64,000 nt of DNA from Lama glama (lineage: Eukaryota). A program made the position numbers and the translations under genes. Shown one piece after another: positions 23,253-35,699 of the stretch (its first letter is position 1; each line of letters opens with the position of its first letter). The stretch spans positions 90,646,001 to 90,710,000 of the forward strand of contig CM052816.1 in the NCBI GenBank assembly GCA_028534125.1, in the 5' to 3' direction. The notes beneath the pieces are model-generated. The model was not told the DNA's origin, did not search any database, and saw only the letters and a program-made list of their open reading frames with translations.

Positions 23253-25205
23253 ATAATAGATAAAACACAGATATACAAATAGATACGTATAGCTGATCTA
23301 TTTGAAAATAATTTGAAGACGTGACATTTTACCTGTAAGTACTTACGCATGGAACTATCCAAAAATAAGGGCCTTATCCTCCATAAACAATACCATTATC
23401 ATGTCCAAGAAAATACAGCAATTCCATATCTAGTCTGTACTCAAATCTCAATTGTCTCAAAAATCTCATTTTTTGCTCTTTTTTCAAACCAGAAGCCAAT
23501 CAGTTTTCATGCATTGCATTTGCTTGTTCAGAGTCTTTAGTCTAGTGTTCTTCTATTTATTTATTTTAAAAATTGTGTTGACTTTTTAAAGCAACCATGT
23601 CTTCTAGCACATTCTGCTACCTGTTGGTCTGATCGTGTCTTGAGGGCATTATTTAACTGACACATCTCTTCCCAGGTCCTGAGCTGAAATCTAAATGTAA
23701 AGAGCCGATTCAGATCAAGCTTTGGGGCGAGTGTCACTCACAGGAGGTGGGTATTGACATCCCACCAAGCGGCACCTATAGAGTCAGGTTGTTATGCCAT
23801 TAGTGATCCTGACCTTGGCTGATGATTACCCCTCCATTAAAACTCATTTTCCTATTTGCAAATAGCACGGAATCTGTGAGGTGGTATTCTGGCACGTGAA
23901 TGTCCTGTTTCCCCAACAAAACTCCATTTTGCAGCTTTAACATCCATTGATGACTCTTGCCTGAAAGAATTACTGGGACTTTGCAAAATGATCTTCTTTT
24001 TTTTTTTTTTTTTTCAGCTTTGTATTAGGGCATCATCCATGCCCAAGATCACGCTTTTTTCTGTATGATTTTGTGGGTCTTGAAAAATGTATGTATATTT
24101 TCAGGCAACTGCCACAACCACTGAGATACAGAATATTTCTACCACCCACCAGTAATTCCCCTACATCCTGTTCTGTGCAGTCAACCCCCGACCCTGGCCC
24201 TTGTCAATCACTAATCTGTTTTCTGCCCCTTTAGATTTGCCTTTTCCAAAATGTCACATACATGGAACTGACACTGGGTCGCCTTTTAAGTATGGCTTTT
24301 CTTTCACTTAACAAAATGTGTTTGAGACCCATCCATGCTGTTCACGTATCAGCAGTCCCTTCCTGTTTATTGCTGAGCAGAATCCCACTGCAGGGGTGCA
24401 CGGCCATCTGTTGAGCCATCCCAAGGTGAGGGACGTTTGGGTTGTTCACAGTTTGAGGCAATTGCGAACAAAGCCGTACAAACATTCTCACCCAGGCCTT
24501 TGGGGGAACTTGAGTTTTCATTCCACTTGGGTAAATGCTTAGGAATAGGATTTCCAGGTTTTTTAGTAAGTGTATGTTTAACCTTATAAGAAAATGCTAA
24601 ACTCTCTTCCACAGTGGCTGTGCTATCTTACATCTCACTCATGCTGGGAGTTATACGGTCATTTTTAAAATTCTGTCATCATTTATACTTCTTAACTGAC
24701 ACTCTCCCATCGGGGAGGGGAAATACTATCTCATCAACTTGAGATGAACTGTATCTGTTATCATAAAAGCATACTAAATGCTAATTCTTTTTGCTTAATT
24801 ACCAGTTTTTAGAGTAAAGAGTTTTCATAGGCATCACCTCTAATTGTAGCAAGATTTTCTTTTTCATTCCTCTCTCTTTTCTGTAACTATGGACTTCTGA
24901 ATTCTTACTTATTCCATATTTTACAATCAACAAGATTTATCATTCTTTTTAATGCTCAAAGTGCCCCAAGTTTGCCTAATGGAAATGTAATTGAGTTGGT
25001 CCTTTGAGCTCTGGATGACTTCATTAACCTTTGACACCTTTTTCCTTTCTCAGCAATAAGATTCCCATTCTCGCCTTGAACCAGGCCTTGGACCAGACAT
25101 TTCTCCAAAAGGACCAAATTCTTGAAATGATAGTTAGAAACCAGGTAGGCAGTAGCCTTCTTGTGGCGACTGGGATGTCCTCATATTTAGGTTGTTTCAA
25201 TGGAA

Positions 25206-25222
25206 ACACACACGCACACGTG

Positions 25223-25251
<29 letters not shown>
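25206..25251. repeat. (CA)n microsatellite just upstream of the KARS1 retrocopy
   Basis: Directly visible. Confidence 0.95.
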
Positions 25252-25253
<2 letters not shown>

Positions 25254-25274
25254 TAAATCAAGAAAGAAGGTATC

Positions 25275-27409
25275 GCGTCTGGCCCTCGGGGAAGATGGCC
25301 TCTGTGCAGGCTGCTGAAGTCAAAGGAGATGGCGGAGAGCCGAAACTGAGCAAAAAGTGGTGCTAGTCAGTAGTTCCATGGTGTCCTGCATGCTGACATA
25401 AGCTGCTGTAAGGCCTGTTAGGGGGTCCCTGCGCCAAACCTGCGGGGCACAGTGGGGGCAGAGGGAGCTGCGCCTGCATCGGCTTGCTCCTTTGACAGTG
25501 ATTCAGAAGGACCAGCCACTTTCGGATAAAAGAAGTGCACTAAGCTAAAGAGATGCCTGGAAGCTGAGAAGAAAATAGCAGAGAAGGAGGCCAAGCAGAA
25601 GGAGTTCAGTGAGAAACGGCTAAGCCAGGCCACTGCTGCTGCCACCAACTATGCCGCTGACACTGATGCGGGTGCAGAGGAGAAGAGCCTGGCCCCAAAT
25701 CATACTACAAGATCTGCAGCCAAGGGGTCCAACAAATGAAAGTCAGTGAGGACGTCCCAAACCCACACCAGTTCCATGTAGACATCTTGCTCACTCATTT
25801 CATCCAAGAATACAGTCACCTGCAGCCTGGGGACCACCTGATTGACATCACCTTAAAGGCGGCAGGTAGGATCCGTGCCAAAAGAGCTGCTGGGGAAAAG
25901 CTCATCTTCAACAACCTTCAAGGAGAGGGGGTGAAGTTGTAAGTCATGGCCAACTCCAGGAATTATAAGTCAGAAGAAGAATTTATTCATATCAGCAACA
26001 AACTGCTCTGGGGAGACAGTTGGTGTCCAGGGCAATCCTGGGGAAACCAAGAAGAGTGAACTGAGCATCATTTCCGGGGAGAGCACACTGCTGACTCCAT
26101 GCTTGCACATGGTACCTATCTTCACTTTGGCCTCAAAGGCAAGGAAACACGGTTTCATCAGAGATACTTGGACTTGATCCTGAATGACTTCGTGAGGCAG
26201 AAATTTATCATCCACTCTAAGAACGTCACATATATAAGAAGTTTCTTGGACGAGCTGGACTTCCGGAGATTGAAATTCCCATGATGAACATCATCCCTGG
26301 GGGAGCTGTGGCCAAGCCCTTCATCACCCATCACAACGAGCTGGGTGCGAATTGCCCCAGAGCTTTACCGTAAGGGGCTGGTGGTCGGCGGCATTGACCA
26401 GGTTTAGGAAATTGGATGCCAGTTCCAGAACGAAGGAATTGATCTGACCCACAATGTGAATTGTACATGGCCTATGCAGACTACCGTGATTGCATGGAAA
26501 TCACAGAGAAGATGATTACAGGGGTGGAGTAGCACATTACAGGCAGCTACAGGGCCACCTATCGTCCAGATTGCCTGGGGGCCGAGCATTAACTTCACCC
26601 CACCCTTCCGGAAAATCAGCATGGTAGAAAAGCTTGAGAAAGCCCTGGACATGAAGTTGCCAGAAACTAACCTCTGTGAAACTGAAGAAACTTGCAAAAT
26701 TCTTGATGATATCTGTGTGGCAAAAGCTGTTGCGTGCCTGCAACCTCGGACCACAGCCAGGCTCCCTGATAAGCTTGTCGGGGAGTTCTTGAAAGTGACA
26801 TTCATCTGTCCTACATTCATCTGTGATCACCCGCAGATAACGAGCCCTCTGGTCAAATGGCCCCGCTCTAAAGAAGGTCTGACTGAATGCTCTGAGCTAT
26901 TTGTCATGAAGAAGGAAATACGCAGTGCCTACACTGAGCTGAATGACCCCATGCAACAGCGGCAGCTTTTTGAAGAACAGGCCAAGGCCAAAGCTGCTGG
27001 GGGCGATGAGGCCATGTTCAGAGATGAAACCTTCTGACTGCCCTGGAATACAGGCTGCCCCCCATGGATGGCTGGGGTACGGGCATCAGCTGCCATCACC
27101 ATGCTTCTCCCAGACTCCAGTAACATGAAGGAAATGCTTCTGTCTCCTGCCCTGAAACCCGAAGACAAGAAGGAGAGTGTCACGACCACTGACACATTGG
27201 AAAGCAGAGCTGCCGGCACTTCTGTCCAGAAAACAATTGCAAGTCCTGCGACTCTGGCGTCTTCGCGTTTCTGCAAAAACTCAAGGGCTGGGAGGGGGTT
27301 CCTGTGTGTGTTACTATCTGTTTGACTTACCACAGTCTAGTCCAGCCCTCAGAAAAGAGAAGAATTTTACTCCTTGTTACTAAATAAACCATTTGTCTCA
27401 AAAAAAAAA
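25275..27409 (+). pseudogene. KARS1: Processed (retrotransposed) pseudogene of lysyl-tRNA synthetase, full length, mitochondrial-type splice form
   Basis: Intronless and colinear with LysRS: MASVQAAEVKGDGGEPKLSK (ATG 25295), [16 protein letters not shown] (ATG 25390), [115 protein letters not shown]. Many stops, frameshifts and small deletions; the native stop position reads CAG (27227-27229). AATAAA at 27383-27388, poly(A) at 27400-27409, TSD AAAGAAG(G/A)TATC at 25263-25274 and 27407-27418. Confidence 0.97.
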
Positions 27410-28084
27410 GAAGATATCTACATACATATAAATCATGAATTCATACCAATATTTCCTGTTAAAATTTAGCCTTCTCAACCTTTTATTACTTTTTAACTTG
27501 TATCTCTTTTCCCTTTCACTAAACATTAATTAAAATGAACATATTTACTAAATTGCTTTATCTCATCACACAAATAAGAGAGTATCAAAATCACAGCTAC
27601 TACTAATTAAACTGTTGAGGAAAGTTTACGATTTCTCTGCAATTCCTTCTAACCTTACATTACCTCCTGCTAAGTATGTCTAGTCAGAGTACTGAGTTCA
27701 AAAGTCACTTGGAATAATTCTTTCCCTGGGTGGTTATGTTCCAACCTGATACCCAGTTAGGTGTATTTGTTCCCATTTGTCTTCCATTTTATGGCCTGGC
27801 CTCAGTATATTTTTAAAAGCTCCCAGGGGATTCCACGTGCAGCTGCAGGTCGAGAGGCTCTGACTCGGTTGTTAATTCTCTCTTCCCTTTCCCTCCCCCG
27901 AAACAGCTCCTCTCCCGTTTTCTTTTATTGAAATCCCACCTTTCCTTGATGGCTCGCTTCCTTGATCCCATTAGTCAGTGGTACCAGCTCCCCTCTCTGG
28001 AACACTATAGCCTTTTGGCCATTCCTGATAGGACTTTAATGAAGGTACAGATTTAAAGTTCTAGCTTGTATGATAGTCCTTGTG

Positions 28085-28262
28085 CTAAGGGTCAGCAAAC
28101 TTTGGCTCTAAATGGTCAAATAGTACATCTTGTAGACTTTGCAAGTCATGGGCATCTCTGTCACATGCTCTTCTTGTCTGTAATCCTTCGTATTCTTAGC
28201 TAGCAAGACCAACAGAAACGGGCAGTGCCTTGAGATTTGGCCCTTGGGTAGTTTGCCAACAC
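28085..28262. mobile_element. MER58A-like hAT-Charlie element
   Basis: TIR-like agggtcagcaaact ... gtagtttgccaac. Confidence 0.7.
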
Positions 28263-28915
28263 ATCCTTATGTCATTTTCTTCTTTCACGTATCACGGAGA
28301 CAGGAAAAGTCTTACTCGTCCCTGTGCGCCTCACTTACAGCAGAGCACGTGGGAAGGGATGCTCACTCAATGTCTGCTAAATTCATGAATATACAATGTC
28401 GTTATGTGGCTTACTTACGAGAGTTTGTTATTAATGCAGAAAATTGAGTTCTACAGAACTATAAAAACACTACATATAAACAGAGAGCACTGATCACAGG
28501 CAGTCCCATCCTATGTGTTCAGTCCTTTGCCAAGTCTTCTTTGAAGGGTGAGGGGAGGTTGGTGGCGGTGTGGAGGTGCTGATTGTCATGGACGTGGAGG
28601 TTCTCAGGACTAAACACAAGTGGCCAGGAGAAGAGTTAACAGCTGCCAATGTACAGGAACAGACAAGACAGCAGAGGTGGGAGTAATTCAATCTCCCTCC
28701 TGGTAACCCCAGAAGTGGCTCCCAGTGCCCGTGAAGGTGAGACCTCCCCTCTCCAGGGGAAGATGCTGACAAGATGAGACGCAGCTCTGGCTTTCAGAAG
28801 CCTGCCTCCGTTTTCATTTATGCCTGAAAGAGGAACAGAGATTGATACCGTCTGGAAGAGAATGGAAACAGACCCAGAGCTCCTGTCTAGCTCTTGCACG
28901 CTCCGAGTGTGTTAG

Positions 28916-29472
28916 TGAGACAGGGAGGAAGGGGACAGGGCACAGCCATTCAAGGAATGACACAGCAGTTAACACCAAGATAGCAGAAGATTCAGCTCTC
29001 AATAGGCCTTGAGGCCCAAGATGGCAGGAGATTTGACTTCTAGTAGACCTTGAGCTTCATTATACGTTCATTGTAATATATTAGCTGCTCAATGGCACTC
29101 CCACAGGTGCCATGACAGTGCTGAGGCTGACCATAAAAGATCAAAAAGTAGGTAGTGGTCCAATTCCTGGGAACCCCCACCCTTTCCTCAAAGTAATGGG
29201 AATAATCCTCCCACTTATTAACATATGAAGCTTCCGAGACCATAAAACTGACAGCTCCCACACCTCGCAGCCTCTCTTCCAAGTGAAACAGCCGCCCTCT
29301 GGCTGTGGAAAACGTATCCCTCTGAATGAATCTACTTTTACTCAACCGTGGCTCACCCTTGAATTCTTTCCTGTGCGAAGCCAAGGACCCTCACTTGGCG
29401 AGATGTGTCCCAGGGATTCAGCGCAGACCTAGGGTATGGCCATCCTCTCACCCCACGTTTTTTCTTGTGTCA
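28916..29472 (+). mobile_element. Intact ERV1 solo LTR, MER41-like
   Basis: Begins TGAGACA and ends TGTGTCA; 4-bp TSD TTAG at 28912-28915 and 29473-29476; MER41-like blocks ccatgacagt, ttgaattctttcctgtgcgaagccaaggaccc. Confidence 0.85.
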
Positions 29473-31649
29473 TTAGGACTAAAGAAGAAAATATGGGGCA
29501 GGACTAAGTCTGAAGGACACTGTTGTGCCAAGATTTCCACCTCAATGCCTTCCTGAAACAGCCCCTTAGTGCAGAATACTAATTTTACTCGTAAAGGGAA
29601 AAAAACCTGGAAATGCTTTTTAAAAATCTGTTGTCTTGTGTTCTGGGAAGTTCCTACCGACACTCGATTTCCGCTTGTGACTTGAATCCTCGTATCAGGT
29701 GATGTTACTTCCTACAGCCAGGACCTCCAACCTAAGCAGCTTACATCTCACATTAAAAAGTAGATGTCTTTGTGGTTGCTGCCAAAGAATTTAGGAGTCC
29801 ATTTGAAGTGTTATCATTCTAAGAAAATATATTTCCATACGCAGTTGGGATGAAAACTGTATGAAATCCCTTTAAAACAAGGTGCTTTGTAATAACGATG
29901 TTTGAAGCTACAATTCTGTTTCTTCCCTTAGCCTGTCTTATCTTAAGCCATATGTTGCTGTAAATTAAAAGAAAGGGGCATTTAAACCAAATGGTTTCTC
30001 TGAATAGCATTAATCCCGTCAAGAGCAGTTTGTGACAAAAACTAAAACAAAAGTTGTGCCTTTTAAGCACAACAAACGTAAACATCTGAACTATTTCTGC
30101 TGTCTCTTAAATATTAAGACGTAACACATTTGTGATATTTGTTGACATTTGTTATACTTCTGATGAACAATTAGCCTGCAAGAATATTAACAGGAAATTC
30201 CATTCATGAGATAAGCAGCTGTTCCTGCAAAGCTTCAGCCAGATCATGGGACCAAAAATCTTCTTTATGCAACTGCTATTTGTTGAATAGTCAGCATTCC
30301 TTACGTATCCAAAAGGAGATGCTTTTGAGAATAACTTTTAAAGCTAATTTTGACTCAATATTTCCTAAGGAAAAAAATAAGTTTTATGATTAATTTGGAC
30401 TCAGGCTTGCAGTTTGTAAACTGTGAGGGTTTAATAGTGTCCTTAATCACCATGTAAATTTCAACAACTCACTCCAGTAATTTCCAACATGTAATGCAGA
30501 ATCATGACGCCAGTCTTAAGGTCCCTAATTCCACAGTGCAGCCGAGGGCATTCTTATTTCATTCTTGAAGCAAAAGGCTAAGAGTGCCTACCATTATGTG
30601 AAATGCTGTCTTTTTCAAAAATGTGACTCTCTTCCAGCGATTAAAACGTTTAACGTCACGGTCACATTGCAACATTAATTTAGCATCCTCTAAATTGCTA
30701 GGAATGCGTCTCCAAAAGACCAGGAGGAAAAGGACTGCTAAGCAGGTAGATTACATGTTGTCACAGACTTGAGGACAGTTCTGTGGAAGTGCTAGAAAGG
30801 CAACACATTCTTCACTGAGGGGCAAGGGTTTTATCAAAGATTCACTCACAAATCATCAATCACCAAATCCTGAGCACCATTCCCATTAGCCACGTCCTCT
30901 TTATCCCAGCGGTTTCAGCTCCTCCTCTTTTCTACCCCATGATGGACAAAAAGGGAAATCCGGTGGAGGTGGGGGTTATTTTAAAGTAAGAGCAAAAGGC
31001 CATCACTGTGTTCCTTTCAGGAAAACAGTTCTGAGCAGGCATTCCTAATCTGTGAGCACTTACTTACAAGTTATACACACGTGCCACTCTGAAGTAGTGC
31101 ATTAAGTAGCAGTAGAATTTAGTGTCTTCTTTTTTCAAATAAAAGAGTGTACATCTGCAGCCAATTTTCTTCTAATATTTTCTCGCATACTTTTCAGTGT
31201 ACAAGCCTCCTCTGCAACTTGTGAGACCAATGCTGAAAACAGACACCAGAGCAAACTTTCTGAAATGATGTCAGATCGTAATTAAGACCCTTCCTGAAGT
31301 CCTGCGATTTTATGGTCCTTAGCTTTTACTTTAAAATAAACCCAAAGCCGTTCTGGATTTCCTTTTTGGCTCCCTGTAGCCTCAGATCTGGCTCTAAAGA
31401 TAAACAGGTATCTACTCAGATAAGCAGACCCCACATGTCTCCATCCTCACCCTCATCTCCCCACCCCCCCCACCCCAGCCCTCTGCTCCAGCCCTGCTGA
31501 ACTTTGGGCAGCAAAGGAGTTAAGACAGAAAAGGCGGCAGTTCCTGACTGCCAGATGCCAAGTTATTTTCCAGTTGAGAACACCCCTGAGGTTTGATTGG
31601 CCAGAAGTCTGAACTACAACTTTTGAGGATGATTAAGAAGTTCCCTTTC

Positions 31650-31945
31650 ACTGAAGGTGGCCAAGAGGTACGAACTTCCAGTTATGAGATTAAATAAGTC
31701 CTGGGGATGTAGTGGACAGCATGGTGACTGTCGTTAATGGTCCTGTATTGTACATTTGAAAGTTGCTAGGAGAGTAATCTTTAAAGTTCTCTACATAGGG
31801 AAAATTTTTTGTAACTATGTGTGGTGATGGATGTTAATTAAACTAATTGTGGTCATCATTTTGCAATTTAAACATACACCAAAATCATTATGTTAAACTG
31901 ACACAATGTTGTATGTCAATTATATCTCAACCAAATATATATACA
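31650..31945 (+). mobile_element. L1MA9-like 3' end
   Basis: aagaggtacgaacttccagttatgagattaaataagtcctggggatgt...gtatgtcaattatatctcaa. Confidence 0.8.
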
Positions 31946-32171
31946 AATAATCATAATAGTACGTGCCTCTTTTAAGAATTCTTAAATCCTGGAGAGTCAG
32001 GTGAGTCCTGCTATTTGACAGATGGGACGTGGGCCCACGCATCTTCTAACTGGTTCCAACTGGTTATAACTATAAACTGTAAATCCAAAAGGTAATCCCA
32101 ACATATACCCCAAGACCTTCACTATTCCCCATCATTCACATGATTTCAACCAGCTTCTCTCAAATTTAATA

Positions 32172-32470
32172 GGATTGAATATATACAACAGATAAACAGA
32201 AAGGACCTCCTGTATAGTACAGGGAATTATATTCAACATCTTGTAATAACCTGTAATGGGAAAGAATCTGAAATAGAATATGTATATGTATATGTATATG
32301 TATAACTGAATCACTTTGCTGTACACCTGAAACTAGCACAACATTGTAAACCAACTGTATTTCGAAAGAAAGGAAGAAAGCAAGAAAGCAAGAAAGCAAG
32401 AAAGGAAGAAAGCAAGAAAGCAAGAAAGCAAGAAAGCAAGAAAGAAAGAAAGAAAGGGAGGAAGGAAGGA
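32172..32470 (+). mobile_element. Cetartiodactyl-type L1 3' end with tail expanded into (AAGAAAGC)n/(GAAA)n
   Basis: gacctcctgtatagtacagggaattatattcaa...tataactgaatcactttgctgtacacctgaaactagcacaacattgtaaaccaact, then a purine microsatellite at ~32364-32470. Confidence 0.88.
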
Positions 32471-33557
32471 AAATACTCTTAGGGAGAAGATGAGGCTCTG
32501 AGGGTGTAATTTGGAAGCAAACTACCAGAAGGTAGTTCAACAGCTTTGCTTATTTAGTGGAAGAGAATTAGATGGATGCGGGGGGCGGGGGCAGGAAAGG
32601 CAGGTGGGGAAGGAGAGAAGGGAGGCAGAGAACAGAAAGAGATCTCAGCAGAACAGTGGAGGAATGGAATTAGAGTTGGTGGAAATGCCCAAGAAATGTT
32701 TTGCAGACCAGGGGAGTGGATTATTCACTTTTAAATTAATTGCTCCCTGGCCCTGCAATGCAACCTTCCTTGTCATCAAGTCACCAACAGAAATCTACTG
32801 CACACAGCTGCATCGTATATTGCATTTTAATGGAAGGAGCAAATAATCCAAGGTTGTGGCCCATGTTTGGGTTGATTCCAAGGAAAAGATAAAGGAACAG
32901 CTGCAAGACGCAGAGAGGAGAACACAAATTCAGCAGAAGCTGGACCCTGAAAGCAGAGGTGACGAGGACTGTGACACCAGGACTGGAGAGAAGTTTTGGC
33001 AACAGGGCTGAACTTCCTCGTAGGTGGGGAGTTTGAGCAGATCTGAGCCAGATCTAAGAAGGGCAGGGAGGCTAGCCCAGCTGAGATCTGCTTTACTCAG
33101 ATATGTGACCCCATGGTGTCTGCAATCTTTGAGAGCCTAAACTAAGAACTCCACAGGGACAGGAGGATAAGGCATTCATTTTCTCCCAGCAGAGCAAAGT
33201 GCCTGCTTCACAAGAGGTAATGGAAGAATATTAATACACTACTTTACAGCTTCTAATAAGTACTGAGAAGTTATTTATCATAGTTGGTGGCCTAAGATTC
33301 TGCGATTGCTAACCTAAACGATTTATTATCTAAAGGCCCTCCAGGTTCTTAAATTTATTATATAATAAGAGTATATTATAGCATTATATTTACATTATTA
33401 AACTTTTTTCCTGGGATTAAAACGTTCTTTTATGGTATCAAGCAGTGTGCCACTCCCTTGAGATCCCCATCATTCTTCAGAGTAGTAATAAACATCCTGA
33501 AGAAGTTTGGGTCCCAGGTACCTACCAGGGCCAGAAGATGACCAGTCCTGTAGGGAC

Positions 33558-33966
33558 TGTCACGGGCTGAATTGTGTTCCTGCCCCCTCCAACCCCCAAA
33601 TTCATACATTGAAGTCCTAACTGCCAGTACTTGAGGATAAGATGGTTTGGGGAGATAGGGCCATTAAAGAGGTAATGAAGGTAACACAAGGTCGTATGGG
33701 TGGACCCTAATCCAATCTTACCTCTGTTCTCATAAGAAGAGGAAATTCAGATCCAAACTTGCGTGAACACAGAGCAAAGACCACGCGAAGACACAGCCCA
33801 GAGCTGGCCATCTGCAAGCCAGGGAGAGAAGCCTCAGAAGAAACCAGCCCTGCCAGCGCCTTGGCCTTGGACTTCTAGCCTCCAGATCTGTGAGAAAATC
33901 AAGTTCTGTGGTTTGAGCCCCCCAGTCCATGGTATTGTGTTATGGCCGTCCTAGAGAATGAATCCA
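33558..33966 (+). mobile_element. Complete MLT1 (A0/B-like) solo LTR
   Basis: TG...CA ends; 5-bp flanks GGGAC/GGGAT; ccttggacttctagcctccagatctgtgagaaaatc motif. Confidence 0.85.
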
Positions 33967-34651
33967 GGGATCAAATTTTCCTAACTGCAAATTTGGAGAT
34001 GTGGCCTGTCAAGTACAAGAGATTTATAGAATCAAGTAACTGGAATATCCTCTATTTGAAACCCAGCCACACCTAATCCGTGGTCCCACTTCCGAAGAGG
34101 ACGTGACTTAATCCTAGAGAACTATTTCTCCTCAATTCTTTACAAAAGAGAGTTCTACTACCACCACTGGAAATGTACCAAGTCCCAATTTTGAAAATGA
34201 GGCTTTCCCACCATGCATCATTTTGACGCCATTTAAAAACCAAACCAAACCTAATTTAGAGAGAATTAGGGGCAGAAATCCATGGACTTTTTGTCCTTAG
34301 CATATAAGTGTGGACTAAATGGTTATAAGCACACGTTGTTCTACTTTTAGGCAAGAGGAAACCTAAGAACCCTGAATGCCTTCAAGAAGACAAATCCTGT
34401 AAGAGAAATAGCATAGACCAGCATTTGCAGACTCTGAGGCCAACCAACAGCATAATTAGCAAACACTGGGGGGCAGAGGTGGAAAGAGATGATTTTAAAC
34501 TAAATATTTTTTAAGATCCAACTCAAGGAATAACTTGGAATCTGTTAACTGTAGTTGATACAGTGCATATTAAACACAATGCCCATTTTCTCCTTTAGAG
34601 CTAGAATTAAAAATCAAATCTCTTATTAATATGCCCAACACAAAAATACCC

Positions 34652-34687
34652 ATATATATTTTATATATATACGTACATATATATGTA

Positions 34688-34738
<51 letters not shown>
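34652..34738. repeat. Compound (TA)n(TG)n(TA)n microsatellite
   Basis: Directly visible. Confidence 0.95.
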
Positions 34739-34812
34739 TTAAAATTCCATTAGATCCAAAGAAAATAATGCAACAAGTACAATCCTTATCAAATGCAAGC
34801 CAGGTGTGAATT

Positions 34813-34935
34813 GGGGTGGGGGGAGGTAGGTAGATAGGTTTACTTATGTATTTTTTTAATGGAGATACTGGGGATTGAACCCAGAACCTCATGCATGGTA
34901 GACACACACTCTACCTCTGAGCTACACCCTCCTCC
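34813..34935 (-). mobile_element. tRNA-derived SINE, Vic-1-like
   Basis: Reverse complement of the same SINE head (ggggattgaaccc...ctctacctctgagctacaccc); TSD CCAGGTGTGA(A/G)TT at 34800-34812 and 34936-34948. Confidence 0.85.
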
Positions 34936-35699
34936 CCAGGTGTGAGTTTTTTCTTAACCTTTTGCCAGAAAACTTCAGACTTACAGACTATATTATAAAG
35001 CTGCATCTCCAGTCTCTCCACAGGCTACAGAAATATAGCTAAATAACAAAGAAAATGAAATCATAAATGTTTCTGAAGGACATACAATTATTTGACAAAG
35101 TGTAACCAAATTACAAAATTGCTCAATTCACAAGAGCCAATGAAGACAATGAGGAAAAACAAGCCAGAGAAAAAGAAATTGTATCAACTGTTCTTAAGCA
35201 GACGAGGAGGGGAAACCCATGTTAAATCCTTGAAAAGTTTTACCCAGAAAAACCTGTGTGTTTACAAAGGTGGGAAGGTAGCTGGTAGCCTCCATTCCCT
35301 GGGAACAGTACCAAAACAGAAAGATGAGTGGGTAAAATGTTGGGAGCAATTCTCCCTAATCCGCCCCTTCCCCATTTAAAGGAAAGCCAGCCCAAGGGAA
35401 CAGGTAGTGTGTCCCTGGGGACATGAGTGGAATGTTTCCCTGGAACATGAATTTCAACCTCTCTGCCCACTGCCACTCACCCACAGGGACTATAAAGAGA
35501 AAAAAGAATGTGCATGAAAGCCCGTAATTGTCTCTACTAACAAATAGGGGTTCCTAAGGATGAAAGACAAAAGAGAAATAAGACAAAAAGCAAAGAGATT
35601 GCAGGGGTGCAAAGCATGAGGTGGCACAGACGCCTCACTGAAAATCCTCACCCTCTCTTCAGGTTAAAATTGCCATCAAGAGGGAGATGAAAGAGGCTC

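Larger units (their letters stand above)
23095..27790 (-). mobile_element. Old L1MC-like element hosting the KARS1 retrocopy and another L1 fragment (~24000-24650)
   Basis: aaaaataagggccttatcctccataaacaataccattatc and aaatcatgaattcataccaatatttcc are L1MC4/5-type 3' sequences; they are colinear on both sides of the pseudogene. Confidence 0.65.

Noticed and set aside
25031..25366. 111-aa ORF fusing upstream sequence to the KARS1 N-terminal peptide
   Set aside because: Non-ATG start in L1-derived DNA, reads through a (CA)n repeat, and ends at the natural exon 2 stop; a chance fusion.
26621..27037. 138-aa open LysRS catalytic-domain fragment with a good Kozak context
   Set aside because: A surviving frame within a disrupted pseudogene; lacks motifs 1 and 2, is frameshifted before motif 3, and has substitutions at conserved residues (ERFELF to ECSELF).
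13589..31291. Shared 13-mer TAATTAAGACCCT near 13589 and 31279
   Set aside because: A single 13-nt match between two positions in 64 kb is expected by chance; no extended homology.
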